NCBI GenBank assembly: GCA_964584535.1
Contig: CAZPAX010000001.1
Coordinates: 1-34,839 of the forward strand
Direction of reading: 5' to 3'
From: an uncultured Eubacteriales bacterium
GTDB taxonomy: Bacteria > Acidobacteriota > Aminicenantia > Aminicenantales > CAZPAX01
DNA length: 34,839 bases
Made by a program: the position numbers and the translations under genes. This document shows positions 26,721 to 34,839 of the stretch, piece by piece (position 1 is the stretch's first letter; each line of letters starts with the position of its first letter). The notes beneath the pieces are model-generated. The model searched no databases and was not told where the DNA came from. It saw only the letters and a list, made by a program, of their open reading frames with translations.

Positions 26721-29700
26721 ATGGGCTTGAATTTTTTGGATGGAGTGCCTGAATTCAGGGGACTCCTCCAGGCAATAAATCGAGGAGAGAGAAATCTCCG
26801 AATCACAGGCCTTGTTGAATCGGCCAAACCCTATTTCCTCTCCTTTCTAGCCGGGAGACTTAAGAAGAGAATAGTCTATATCCAACAAGCTTCTCTTTCT
26901 CTCTCCAGATTTGAGGAGCAGTGCCAATTTATTTTTTCCCAGCTTCCCCTGGCTTTAGGCCTGAATTCCCTGCCTGCTCTTTCCGACAATCCTTACCAAG
27001 AAATCTTTCCTCCTCTCGATTCTGTATCCGTGAGAATGAGGTTCTTCTCCAGTTTAATCCACACCTTGCCCTCCCTTGTCATCACCAATCTCTTCGGGCT
27101 GCTCAAGCCCTTCCCTAGTCCAGAAAACATGAAAAGATTTTTCCTGGAACTGGGGCAAGGGGGAATTTTTGAGCGGGACACTCTGCTTAGAACTCTCAGC
27201 GAATACGGATATGCCAGAGAGGATTTGATAGCTTCGGCCGGAGAATGTGCCTGGAGGGGAGGGATTGTCGATGTTTTTTCTCCTTGGGAGAGATTTCCTT
27301 TCCGGATTGAGTTCAGCGGGGATGAGATTTCCTCTCTCCGCGAATTTGATCCCTCCACCCAGCGTTCACTGAAAAGGCTGGACCATATTCTTCTTCCCTC
27401 ACTCCGTGAATTTCCGGCCTCCTCAGAATTTCTTCATGAATGGGAAGAGAGAGCCTGGAGAAAGGCAGGTTCTGTGGATAAAGATCTCACTCAAAAAATC
27501 GATCTTCTAAAAAGTGGCGATTTTTTCCCTTCCTTTGTCTTTCTTTCCCTTCTCAACCGAGAGCATTTTGTGCCTTTCACTCACTACCTCGAGGATTCTC
27601 TCTTTGTAATTGACAATTTTGATGAGCTGGAGAAGGAGTGGGAGGAAACGCGAAACAGCCTTGAAGATGATTACGAAGAGCTTCAAAAAAGCGGCAAATT
27701 TTGCCTCTCCCCTGAAGAAATCTTTCCCTTCAAGTTGTGGGAAGAAATCAAGGCCAAAGCTATTCTCCTCCAGGATTTTGTCTCGGCCGGAACAGGAAAG
27801 ACATTTTCTTTCTCCTTTCAGTCTGTGCCGAAATTTGAGAACAGGATTCCTTTTTTTCTCAAGTATCTAAAGAGACTTGAGCGCTCACGGGAGCGATGTT
27901 ACATCTATCTTTCGAGTGGGGGCCTCCGCCAGAAAATGGCCAGTCTCCTCTCCCAGAATCAAATTCCTTCTGCTCAGCCTTCAACCCCTTTAGCCTCGCC
28001 TTCTTCTGGAGAGATTATGCTTCTCCTTGGAAGTCTTGACCATGGTTTTAGCTTCCCTGCCCAGAAAATCGTTTATTTTTCAGAAAAAGATATTTTTACT
28101 GAAGAGAAAGTGATTGTCAGTCGGCCTTCTCTGCGTCCCTTTGTTTCCCAATTCCAGGATCTCAGGGAGGGCGATTATATTGTCCATACCGATTACGGAA
28201 TAGGGTTTTTCAGGGGCCTGGTGAAGATGGAGGTCGAGAGAAAAAATCGAGAATTTATTGAACTGGCTTACCGCGATGACGATAAACTATTTGTTCCTGT
28301 CGAAGACCTCAACCTCGTCCAGAAATATTCTAAAGTTGGCTCAAGCTATCCCCTTCTCGATAAGCTGGGCAGTCCATCTTGGCAGAAGACAAAGGCAAGG
28401 ACAAAGAAGGCTATAGAGTCAATGGCCCGAGAGCTGCTCGAACTCTATGCCCAGAGAAAAGCGATGAAAGGATTCAGTTTCAGCCCTGAAGGCACTTGGC
28501 AATCGGAATTTGAGAGGACCTTTGAATATGAAGAAACAGAGGATCAATTGCGCTCGATAAAGGAGATCAAGAAGGATATGGAACTTGATACTCCGATGGA
28601 CCGCCTCCTCTGCGGAGACGTTGGCTACGGAAAAACTGAGGTGGCCATAAGAGCTTCCTTCAAGGCAGTGATGGATGGGAAACAGGTAGCTGTCCTCTGT
28701 CCAACAACTGTTTTGGCCAGCCAACACTTGAAAACTTTCAAGAACAGAATGGTTCTTTTTCCGCTAAGGATAGAGGCCCTCACCCGGCTTCAGATGAGGA
28801 AAGAACAGAAAAAAATTGTCCAGGACCTTAAGCGAGGGCTGGTCGATGTTATTATCGGAACCCACCGGCTTCTCTCCAAGGATGTCGAGTTTCGCGATCT
28901 CGGACTTCTCATTGTCGATGAAGAACAGAGGTTTGGAGTCAATCACAAGGAGAAAATCAAAAAGATGAAGGCCAATATTGATGTCCTGACTCTGACAGCC
29001 ACTCCCATTCCCCGGACCTTGAATCTTTCCCTGACCGGGCTCAGGGATATTAGCCTCATTGAGACTCCTCCCAAGGACAGGTTAGCCATCCATACAGTCG
29101 TCACTTTGTATAACCCGAAGCTCGTTGCCTCGGCGATAAAGCAGGAATTAAGCCGAGGAGGCCAGGTCTATTATATCCACAATCGGATTGAAGATATTGA
29201 AGAAATTGCCAGGCGTATAGAACGATTGGCTCCCCAGGTGAAATTGGCTGTCATCCATGGCAAAATGTCCAGCCTTTCCCTGGAAAAGACGATGATCGAT
29301 TTTATCAGCCACAAATACAATGTGCTTGTATCGACGACAATCATCGAGAATGGCATAGACATTCCTCTGGTCAACACGCTGATTGTGGAACGGGCAGACC
29401 TTTTTGGCCTGGCTCAACTCTATCAACTCCGGGGTAGGGTTGGCCGCTCTTCCCGCCAGGCATTTGCTTATTTCCTTGTTCCTCCCTTTACAGAACTCAC
29501 CTCTCAGGCCAAACAACGCTTGGCAGCCCTCAAAGAATTCAGTGAATTGGGTTCAGGATTCCGATTGGCAGCCAAAGACCTTGAGATAAGAGGAGCCGGG
29601 AATTTGTTTGGCGAGAGACAGCATGGATATATGGAGGCCGTTGGCTTTGATTATTTCATGCATCTCCTCGATCAAACCATCCGGGAGCTAAAGGGGGAGA

Positions 29701-30158
29701 AAATGGAAGAGGTCAAAAGTGAGATTAATCTTAAAGTGGATATCAGGATTCCTGAAGACTATCTCCCCCAGATAAACTTAAGGTTGAATATCTACAAAAG
29801 AGTATCATCGATTGAAGATTTGGATGAGATTGAAAAGATTAAAGAAGAAATGGAGGATAGATTCGGATTCCTCCCCACGAGCGTCGAAAATCTTCTCCGC
29901 TACGGCATTATCAAATACCTGGCTCAGAGGATAAAGATCAAAGCCATTGACCGGCTGGGCAATCAAATCATATTTAAATTTTTCCCTGCCTCTTTGGCAG
30001 ACTTAGAGCGGATGACTAAGCTTATCAGGAAATATTCGGGGTCGATCACTCCACAGGGCGTGCTCAGCCTTTCCCTTTCTTCCGAGAAAGAAGAGGGGCT
30101 CATGGATGAAACGATCTCCATCTTGAAGGAGTTATATGGATATAATATAATGAATTGA
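26721..30158 (+). CDS. mfd: Transcription-repair coupling factor
   Basis: The 1145-aa protein has a UvrB-homology N-terminus and a CarD/RID-like segment (GDYIVHTDYGIGFF). Superfamily-2 helicase motifs are GDVGYGKTEVA, DEEQRFG, TATPIPRT and QLRGRVGRS, followed by a TRCF C-terminal domain. Confidence 0.95.
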   Translation: MGLNFLDGVPEFRGLLQAINRGERNLRITGLVESAKPYFLSFLAGRLKKRIVYIQQASLSLSRFEEQCQFIFSQLPLALGLNSLPALSDNPYQEIFPPLDSVSVRMRFFSSLIHTLPSLVITNLFGLLKPFPSPENMKRFFLELGQGGIFERDTLLRTLSEYGYAREDLIASAGECAWRGGIVDVFSPWERFPFRIEFSGDEISSLREFDPSTQRSLKRLDHILLPSLREFPASSEFLHEWEERAWRKAGSVDKDLTQKIDLLKSGDFFPSFVFLSLLNREHFVPFTHYLEDSLFVIDNFDELEKEWEETRNSLEDDYEELQKSGKFCLSPEEIFPFKLWEEIKAKAILLQDFVSAGTGKTFSFSFQSVPKFENRIPFFLKYLKRLERSRERCYIYLSSGGLRQKMASLLSQNQIPSAQPSTPLASPSSGEIMLLLGSLDHGFSFPAQKIVYFSEKDIFTEEKVIVSRPSLRPFVSQFQDLREGDYIVHTDYGIGFFRGLVKMEVERKNREFIELAYRDDDKLFVPVEDLNLVQKYSKVGSSYPLLDKLGSPSWQKTKARTKKAIESMARELLELYAQRKAMKGFSFSPEGTWQSEFERTFEYEETEDQLRSIKEIKKDMELDTPMDRLLCGDVGYGKTEVAIRASFKAVMDGKQVAVLCPTTVLASQHLKTFKNRMVLFPLRIEALTRLQMRKEQKKIVQDLKRGLVDVIIGTHRLLSKDVEFRDLGLLIVDEEQRFGVNHKEKIKKMKANIDVLTLTATPIPRTLNLSLTGLRDISLIETPPKDRLAIHTVVTLYNPKLVASAIKQELSRGGQVYYIHNRIEDIEEIARRIERLAPQVKLAVIHGKMSSLSLEKTMIDFISHKYNVLVSTTIIENGIDIPLVNTLIVERADLFGLAQLYQLRGRVGRSSRQAFAYFLVPPFTELTSQAKQRLAALKEFSELGSGFRLAAKDLEIRGAGNLFGERQHGYMEAVGFDYFMHLLDQTIRELKGEKMEEVKSEINLKVDIRIPEDYLPQINLRLNIYKRVSSIEDLDEIEKIKEEMEDRFGFLPTSVENLLRYGIIKYLAQRIKIKAIDRLGNQIIFKFFPASLADLERMTKLIRKYSGSITPQGVLSLSLSSEKEEGLMDETISILKELYGYNIMN

Positions 30159-30169
30159 ATCTAAAAAAG

Positions 30170-31153
30170 ATGAAGAAGCTGAGATTCGCTCATTCTTGTG
30201 TTTTTCTCTTATTGGCAGGAATTGTTTTTTTTCTTGGGACTCACTGTGACCAGGAGAGTTCCTCCGTGAACTCAAAGCCTTCTAGCTCGGAAGACGCTCA
30301 AAAAAAAGATAAAGTTGTGCTTCGGGTTGAAGATTCTGTTTACACAAATGCTGATTTCAAAAAATACATTCGAAACATTGTTGGAGAGGCTCAGGAATCT
30401 TTGACAATTCCTTCATTGAGCCGTCTCTATGATAAGTTTGTCGAAGAGAAGATCATCCTCCAGCTTGCTCGCCAACAGAATATTTCGCTCACTGCGGAAG
30501 AGAAAAATGAGTATCTGAGCAGGCTCAGCGATGAATTTGCTTTTCGAAGCGATCCAGAATCTTTCAAGGACTGGGACAAACAGGCTCTTTTTGAAAAGCT
30601 GCTGATAGAAAAGTGCATTTATCGGTTGGTCAAAGACATCGAGGTCAAAGAAGAAGAGATCCAGAGCTATTATGAGCTCCACAGAGGAGAATATTTGCAG
30701 CCAGAGAGAGTCGATGTCAGCCAGATCGCAGTGGAGACAGAAGAGAGAGCCCTCGAAATCCTGGAAAGAGTCAAGAATTCTTCTGAAGAGGATTTTAGAA
30801 GAATTGCCCGGACTGAATCTGATAGTCCAGATGCTTTCCGGGGAGGCCAAATGGGCGTCTTTAAACCCGGAGAGCTGCCCATGGAGATAGAGAAGCTTAT
30901 TTTCTCCCTCAATGAAGGAAACGTCAGCCCAGTCGTCAAATCTTCTTATGGATATCATATTTTCAGGGTGAATAAGAAATATAAGCCAGAGCTTGTTTCC
31001 AAGGAGGAAGCCTCCCCTTCGATAAAAAGAAAAATTCTGGGCCAGAAAACTGAGCAGTTTCTTTCATCCTATATAGAAAAGTTGAAAAAAGATATGAAAT
31101 GGGAATCCTATCCCCAGAATTTGTCCTTCCTTTATCAAAGGAATGTTTCATGA
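30170..31153 (+). CDS. Peptidyl-prolyl cis-trans isomerase, PpiC/parvulin type with SurA-like N-terminal region
   Basis: Signal/anchor MKKLRFAHSCVFLLLAGIVFFLG and parvulin core GGQMGVFKPGELPMEIEKLIFSL...SSYGYHIFRV. The track start at 30155 is TTG, and ATG 30170 is preferred. Confidence 0.8.
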   Translation: MKKLRFAHSCVFLLLAGIVFFLGTHCDQESSSVNSKPSSSEDAQKKDKVVLRVEDSVYTNADFKKYIRNIVGEAQESLTIPSLSRLYDKFVEEKIILQLARQQNISLTAEEKNEYLSRLSDEFAFRSDPESFKDWDKQALFEKLLIEKCIYRLVKDIEVKEEEIQSYYELHRGEYLQPERVDVSQIAVETEERALEILERVKNSSEEDFRRIARTESDSPDAFRGGQMGVFKPGELPMEIEKLIFSLNEGNVSPVVKSSYGYHIFRVNKKYKPELVSKEEASPSIKRKILGQKTEQFLSSYIEKLKKDMKWESYPQNLSFLYQRNVS

Positions 31154-32124
31154 GAAAAAAGAGGATGATTATCGGCTTAATTTTCTTTCTAGCAGCAGGG
31201 CCATTTCTTCTGGCCAGTGAAGTTGTCGAGGAAATTGTGGCCATTGTCAATGATGAAATTATTACCCTTTCTCAATACAAGAAACAACATGATCTTCTCT
31301 ATCAGATGCTCAAGTCTCAGCTAGAAGGAGAGGAATTTGAAAAGCAGTATGACAAGATGAAAAAGGAGATCTTGGACAATATCATCAATGATCTTCTCCT
31401 TTTGCAGATGGCCCGGGAAAAGGGAGTGAATGTCAGCGAGCAGGTCAAGCTTACCCTGGAAAGAATAAAACAGGATAATAACCTCGAATCGGATGAAGTT
31501 TTGAAGAGGGAGATGGAACGTCAAGGTGTTGATTTTGATCAATTTGTCAAGCAGATGGAGGAAGACTATCTGAAGCAGGCTGTGATTTTTTCAGAAGTTG
31601 AAAAATATATTGTCATCGACGATTCTGAAATTGTCAATTACTATAAGCTTCATCCTGAGGAATTCACGGAGCCCGAAGAGTTCAGGCTGAGGGCTATCTA
31701 CATTTCCACTGAAGGAAAAACGGAAGAGGAAGTTGAGTCAAAGAAAAAAGAAATCAGTGAAAAGGTTCAAGCTGGGGATGACCTGGCTTCCTTAGCCAGC
31801 CAATATTCTGATGGGCCGGGAAAGGAATCTCAGGGAGATTTGGGGACTTTTAAAAAGGGGCAACTGGAGAAGAGTTTGGAAGAGGCTGTTGAGAAATTGA
31901 AAATAGGGGAGATAACACCCTGGCTTAAGGGCCGCAATGGCTGGTACTTGCTGAAACTTGAAGAAAAAAAGGAAAGCCGTCTGAGATCCTTTGAGGAAGT
32001 TAAAAAAAATGTCGAAGAAAAGCTGGCTACGGAGAAAAGGCAGAAAAAGGTAGCTGAATTCTTGAAGAAAATCAGAGAAGAAAGCTATATCAAAATTTTA
32101 AGACCAAATCCCTTAGATTTTTAA
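31150..32124 (+). CDS. SurA-like periplasmic chaperone / peptidyl-prolyl isomerase
   Basis: Signal peptide MRKKRMIIGLIFFLAAGPFLLASE, SurA-N-like IVAIVNDEIITLSQY and parvulin core GDLGTFKKGQL...NGWYLLKLEE. An ATGA overlap joins it to the upstream gene. Confidence 0.8.
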   Translation: MRKKRMIIGLIFFLAAGPFLLASEVVEEIVAIVNDEIITLSQYKKQHDLLYQMLKSQLEGEEFEKQYDKMKKEILDNIINDLLLLQMAREKGVNVSEQVKLTLERIKQDNNLESDEVLKREMERQGVDFDQFVKQMEEDYLKQAVIFSEVEKYIVIDDSEIVNYYKLHPEEFTEPEEFRLRAIYISTEGKTEEEVESKKKEISEKVQAGDDLASLASQYSDGPGKESQGDLGTFKKGQLEKSLEEAVEKLKIGEITPWLKGRNGWYLLKLEEKKESRLRSFEEVKKNVEEKLATEKRQKKVAEFLKKIREESYIKILRPNPLDF

Positions 32125-32127
32125 GGA

Positions 32128-32679
32128 TCAGGGAATAAAAATCGCGGCCGCTATGGCTGTGGTCCAGAGGCCTTTTTTCCCGCTCGTTGTTTGGGTAATA
32201 TTTCTGGTTTTGACAGATATTTTTTTTGAGATTCTATAGACTTTCTTTTCTTCGTTCCAGATTTGATTGATGTCAAAATTTTCTCCAAGAGTCGTGGCCA
32301 GCATGTAAGCGGCCAAATCTTCTGCGTATTGGCCAGCTTCCTTCTCATTCTGGCCGAAGCTATGGTGTTCTGAGAGATAACCATAGCGGGTTCGATCATT
32401 GGGAATGGCCAGGCCTATGGCTGCTGAGATGAGGCGATGAGCTTCATCAGTTGCATTCTCGCTCATGACCAAAAAGACGATCTGGCCGGGTTTGAGCAAT
32501 TTCAATCCCTCCTCTTTGGAAATAAGCCTGCAATGAGGAGGGAAGATGCTTGAAGTTTTAACCAGGTTAAAGGGTGCTATTCCTGCTGTTCTCAGGGCCT
32601 GCTCGAAACTGGCTAATTTTTCCTTATGCTGACCTCTGCCCTTGGTCAAAAATAATCGAGTGGGAATAATGGTATTCAT
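32128..32679 (-). CDS. pdaD: Pyruvoyl-dependent arginine decarboxylase
   Basis: Family pattern PTRLFLTKGRGQH...FEQALRTAGIAPFNLVKTSSIFPP, with the Ser-Ser self-cleavage site. Its length of 183 aa fits the family. Confidence 0.85.
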   Translation of the reverse strand: MNTIIPTRLFLTKGRGQHKEKLASFEQALRTAGIAPFNLVKTSSIFPPHCRLISKEEGLKLLKPGQIVFLVMSENATDEAHRLISAAIGLAIPNDRTRYGYLSEHHSFGQNEKEAGQYAEDLAAYMLATTLGENFDINQIWNEEKKVYRISKKISVKTRNITQTTSGKKGLWTTAIAAAIFIP

Positions 32680-32689
32680 AATCTGACTT

Positions 32690-33235
32690 TCATTCTTTTT
32701 TTATGCCTACAGGCTCTGGTTCTTTAAAATCTATTTTCCGCGATACTTCCCATTCTCCAAGCAGAACATACTGGGAGCCTTTGGATTGGGCAAAAAGTTT
32801 GATAAAGACAATCCTCCACTGGGGATTATCCTTGAAGGAAGCCAGGCTTTTCCCCTCGACGCCAAAATTGCTTTTGAGAGTAATGACATCGCTCGATTGG
32901 CTAGATGCGACAGGCTTTCCCCGGATAGCTGCAAGGAAATTATCTCCCAGGTTTTCAAAATCATCCTTGAACTTAAAGTTGGCATTGAAATTGATATAAC
33001 GGAGAGGCTTATCAGAGATATTTTTTACCCGGAAGGAAATGGCTGGAACAAGAATCAATTTTGGCGGCCAGACTTGATAATATTTTGAGACCCATTTGGT
33101 GTCGATATCGACTATTTCTAACGAGGCCTTGAGCTCTTCGCTGGACATGGATTTTACACAGCCACTTTTTTGAAGGATAAAGGCCAGAACGAGGGCTGCG
33201 GCTATCAAGATCAAAATAGCTGCCACTTTTTTCAT
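32690..33235 (-). CDS. Hypothetical exported or lipoprotein-like protein
   Basis: N-terminal leader MKKVAAILILIAAALVLAFILQKSGC, a non-canonical lipobox, followed by a beta-rich body. An AAGGAG Shine-Dalgarno sequence lies upstream, and the gene is 10 nt from pdaD. Confidence 0.6.
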   Translation of the reverse strand: MKKVAAILILIAAALVLAFILQKSGCVKSMSSEELKASLEIVDIDTKWVSKYYQVWPPKLILVPAISFRVKNISDKPLRYINFNANFKFKDDFENLGDNFLAAIRGKPVASSQSSDVITLKSNFGVEGKSLASFKDNPQWRIVFIKLFAQSKGSQYVLLGEWEVSRKIDFKEPEPVGIKKE

Positions 33236-33259
33236 CGAAGTTCTCCTTTTTTCAACCTT

Positions 33260-33288
33260 AATATAATAGATGAAGTGAAATTATGCAA
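33260..33288 (-). promoter_or_regulatory. Putative promoter of the lipoprotein-pdaD pair
   Basis: The minus strand reads TTGCAT (33288-33283), a 17-nt spacer, then TATATT (33265-33260). Confidence 0.45.
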
Positions 33289-33326
33289 TCACCTCTTTTA
33301 TCTCTTCCTCCTTGATTTTCTGGCCA

Positions 33327-33355
33327 TTGTCATCTGCCAAAGTCTAAAATAGAAT
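33327..33355 (+). promoter_or_regulatory. Putative promoter of the polytopic membrane protein gene
   Basis: TTGTCA (33327-33332), a 17-nt spacer, then TAGAAT (33350-33355). Confidence 0.4.
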
Positions 33356-33385
33356 ATAGATAACTCTTCTTTGTCTGGCCAGAGA

Positions 33386-34297
33386 ATGAAAGAGAGGATT
33401 CTTCTTTTAAATTTGTATTTTGGTATGGCTCTTTTCATTTTGTCGGCAATTCTTCTTGTCTTTCAGGTTCCTTTTATGAAAATCTGGTTCTTCAATTTCG
33501 CCTGGTGGTCTTTTATTCTTGTTATCGACAGCCTGAATTTCAGGTTTTCAAAATCTTCTCCCCTTTCTCAATCCCTGAAGAATTTTCTTTTTGTCGCCTT
33601 TATTTCTGTTTTTGTCTGGCTCATTTTTGAGCTTTTCAATCTGAGATTGAAAAACTGGCACTACCGAAGCTTGCCTTCAAATTATGGAGAAAGATGGCTC
33701 GGTTATTTTATCGCTTTTTCCTCGGTGATGCCTGCCATGTTGGAGGTCTCTTTTTTGGCCCGAAAGATCTTCAGGAAAAATTATTCAATTTTTCAAACAA
33801 GAGTATCCCCTCTTTTTCTTAAGTTGAGCGTTTCTTTGGGAATCCTCTCCATCTTCTTGGCCTTGGGCTGGCCACGAATTTTTTTTCCACTGGTCTGGCT
33901 ATGTTTTATTTTTCTCCTTGAGCCCTTTAATTACTGGCTAAAAAACAAGACATTCTTAGCCGATTTAGAAAAAGGAGAATGGAGAAACATTTTTTCTTGG
34001 CTTCTCGCCGGCCTTATTGCCGGTTTTTTGTGGGAATTCTGGAATTTCTGGGCCGGATCTCACTGGGAATACTCTCTTCCCTATTTGAATTTCTGGAGAA
34101 TTTTCAAGATGCCAATTTTTGGCTATTCGGGTTTTCTTCCCTTTGCTCTTGAAATTTTTGCCTTCGGGGAGCTGTTCAGCGCCGCGCGCAGAAAGCTTCC
34201 CAAGCGAATATTCCTTAAAGGCGTGCTTTTTCTCTTTTTTCTTCTTTTTTATGCAGGCTGCTTTTATCTCCTAGATAGATTCACTGTCGTTCCCTAG
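33386..34297 (+). CDS. Polytopic integral membrane protein of unknown function
   Basis: About eight hydrophobic helices, Trp/Phe-rich loops (WEFWNFWAGSHWEYSLPY) and no family I can name. ATG 33386 is preferred over the track TTG at 33371. Confidence 0.6.
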   Translation: MKERILLLNLYFGMALFILSAILLVFQVPFMKIWFFNFAWWSFILVIDSLNFRFSKSSPLSQSLKNFLFVAFISVFVWLIFELFNLRLKNWHYRSLPSNYGERWLGYFIAFSSVMPAMLEVSFLARKIFRKNYSIFQTRVSPLFLKLSVSLGILSIFLALGWPRIFFPLVWLCFIFLLEPFNYWLKNKTFLADLEKGEWRNIFSWLLAGLIAGFLWEFWNFWAGSHWEYSLPYLNFWRIFKMPIFGYSGFLPFALEIFAFGELFSAARRKLPKRIFLKGVLFLFFLLFYAGCFYLLDRFTVVP

Positions 34298-34839
34298 CTG
34301 GCTTTGGGAGTCCGGCCATTGGGCGGACAATCTGCGAGACAAAGACAGGCTCCAGTTCGTATTCTTCGACAAGATGGGAATTCGCCTTAAGAACTCTCAG
34401 GGTTTCCTCTAAAGGGTGACAGATGCCAATAGCTTCACCCTTTTTCTGAGCCCAGCCAAAGAGCTCCACTAATCGCCTTTTTATTGAAAGTTCGCTGCTT
34501 GTGGCATCAATAAAGACCCGGCGGTAGGAGGACGGAATTCCCATTTCTTGAGCTAAGTTGTAAGCAACAGATCTTGAGCCTGTCAGGCTATCAATGAAAT
34601 AAAGATTTTTTTCTTTAAGCACCTGAAGGATAATCCGCATCAGAGGCTCACTCCTGGTGATTTTTGAGCCCATGTGGTTATTTACACCCTTGAGGTGAGG
34701 CACCTGAGCTAGGCAGTTTTCCAAGGTGAGCTTGATCTCCTCTTCAGTCATTCTGGAATGGATGATTCCCTTTGTCTCCTTCTCCGCTTCCTGGTTATTG
34801 AGGGATTCAAGGGGAAGGTGAAGCATGACTTCCAGACCA
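34281..34839 (-). CDS. Divergent polysaccharide deacetylase family protein (YibQ-like), 5'-truncated by the window edge
   Basis: LHLPLES, GVNNHMGSKITRSEPLMRIIL, LYFIDSLTGSRSVAY and VFIDA match the YibQ-type pattern. The frame stays open upstream of Met 34826 to the window end. Confidence 0.75.
   Translation of the reverse strand, partial: GLEVMLHLPLESLNNQEAEKETKGIIHSRMTEEEIKLTLENCLAQVPHLKGVNNHMGSKITRSEPLMRIILQVLKEKNLYFIDSLTGSRSVAYNLAQEMGIPSSYRRVFIDATSSELSIKRRLVELFGWAQKKGEAIGICHPLEETLRVLKANSHLVEEYELEPVFVSQIVRPMAGLPKPARERQ

Overview
This 34.8-kb window is a chromosomal segment from a fairly low-GC, apparently diderm bacterium, judging by Tat and Sec signals, SurA-like chaperones, a Wzm/Wzt exporter and a DUF5916-type outer-membrane protein. 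Almost all of it is tightly packed coding sequence, mostly housekeeping. From left to right: (1) a minus-strand sugar operon of GT2, GT4 and an NAD-epimerase (568-3703), divergent from a Tat-exported metallophosphoesterase carrying BACON-like and Fn3-like tails. (2) A stand-alone CheY-like receiver with Glu at the phospho-acceptor position, followed by accD and folC. (3) An F1Fo ATP synthase operon with b', b, delta, alpha, gamma, beta and a short epsilon but no a or c subunit. It runs without gaps into a TrmN6-like methyltransferase, wzm, wzt and an RfaE-II/HldC-like adenylyltransferase. (4) A minus-strand operon encoding a membrane protein, a Tat-signal 2Fe-2S subunit, a Moco subunit, a FAD subunit (PaoABC/xanthine-dehydrogenase family) and a signal-peptide-bearing class-I glutamine amidotransferase / peptidase C26. 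(5) A strongly promoted 93-aa orphan ORF and a CBM9/DUF5916-type outer-membrane gene that is broken in an A7 run. (6) mfd, two PpiC/SurA-type PPIases, pyruvoyl arginine decarboxylase with an upstream lipoprotein-like gene, a polytopic membrane protein and a partial YibQ-like deacetylase. I found no tRNA, rRNA, CRISPR array, transposase, integrase or recognisable defence gene, so I cannot support a claim of a novel multi-gene system here. The items most worth a second look are listed next. (a) A GC-enriched, ORF-free ~0.4-kb block at the left end that looks like a structured RNA of a class I cannot name. (b) A perfect 18-bp inverted repeat plus tandem direct repeats lying exactly between two strong divergent promoters (24021-24083). 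(c) The predicted-exported Mo-hydroxylase plus GATase operon. (d) A ~110-nt multi-helix element with mutually exclusive pairings behind the phosphoesterase gene. (e) The homopolymer frameshift in the DUF5916 gene. (f) Consensus-like promoters sitting 5-17 nt from start codons that lack a Shine-Dalgarno sequence. All functional calls come from reading motifs in the translated ORFs; no database search was run.
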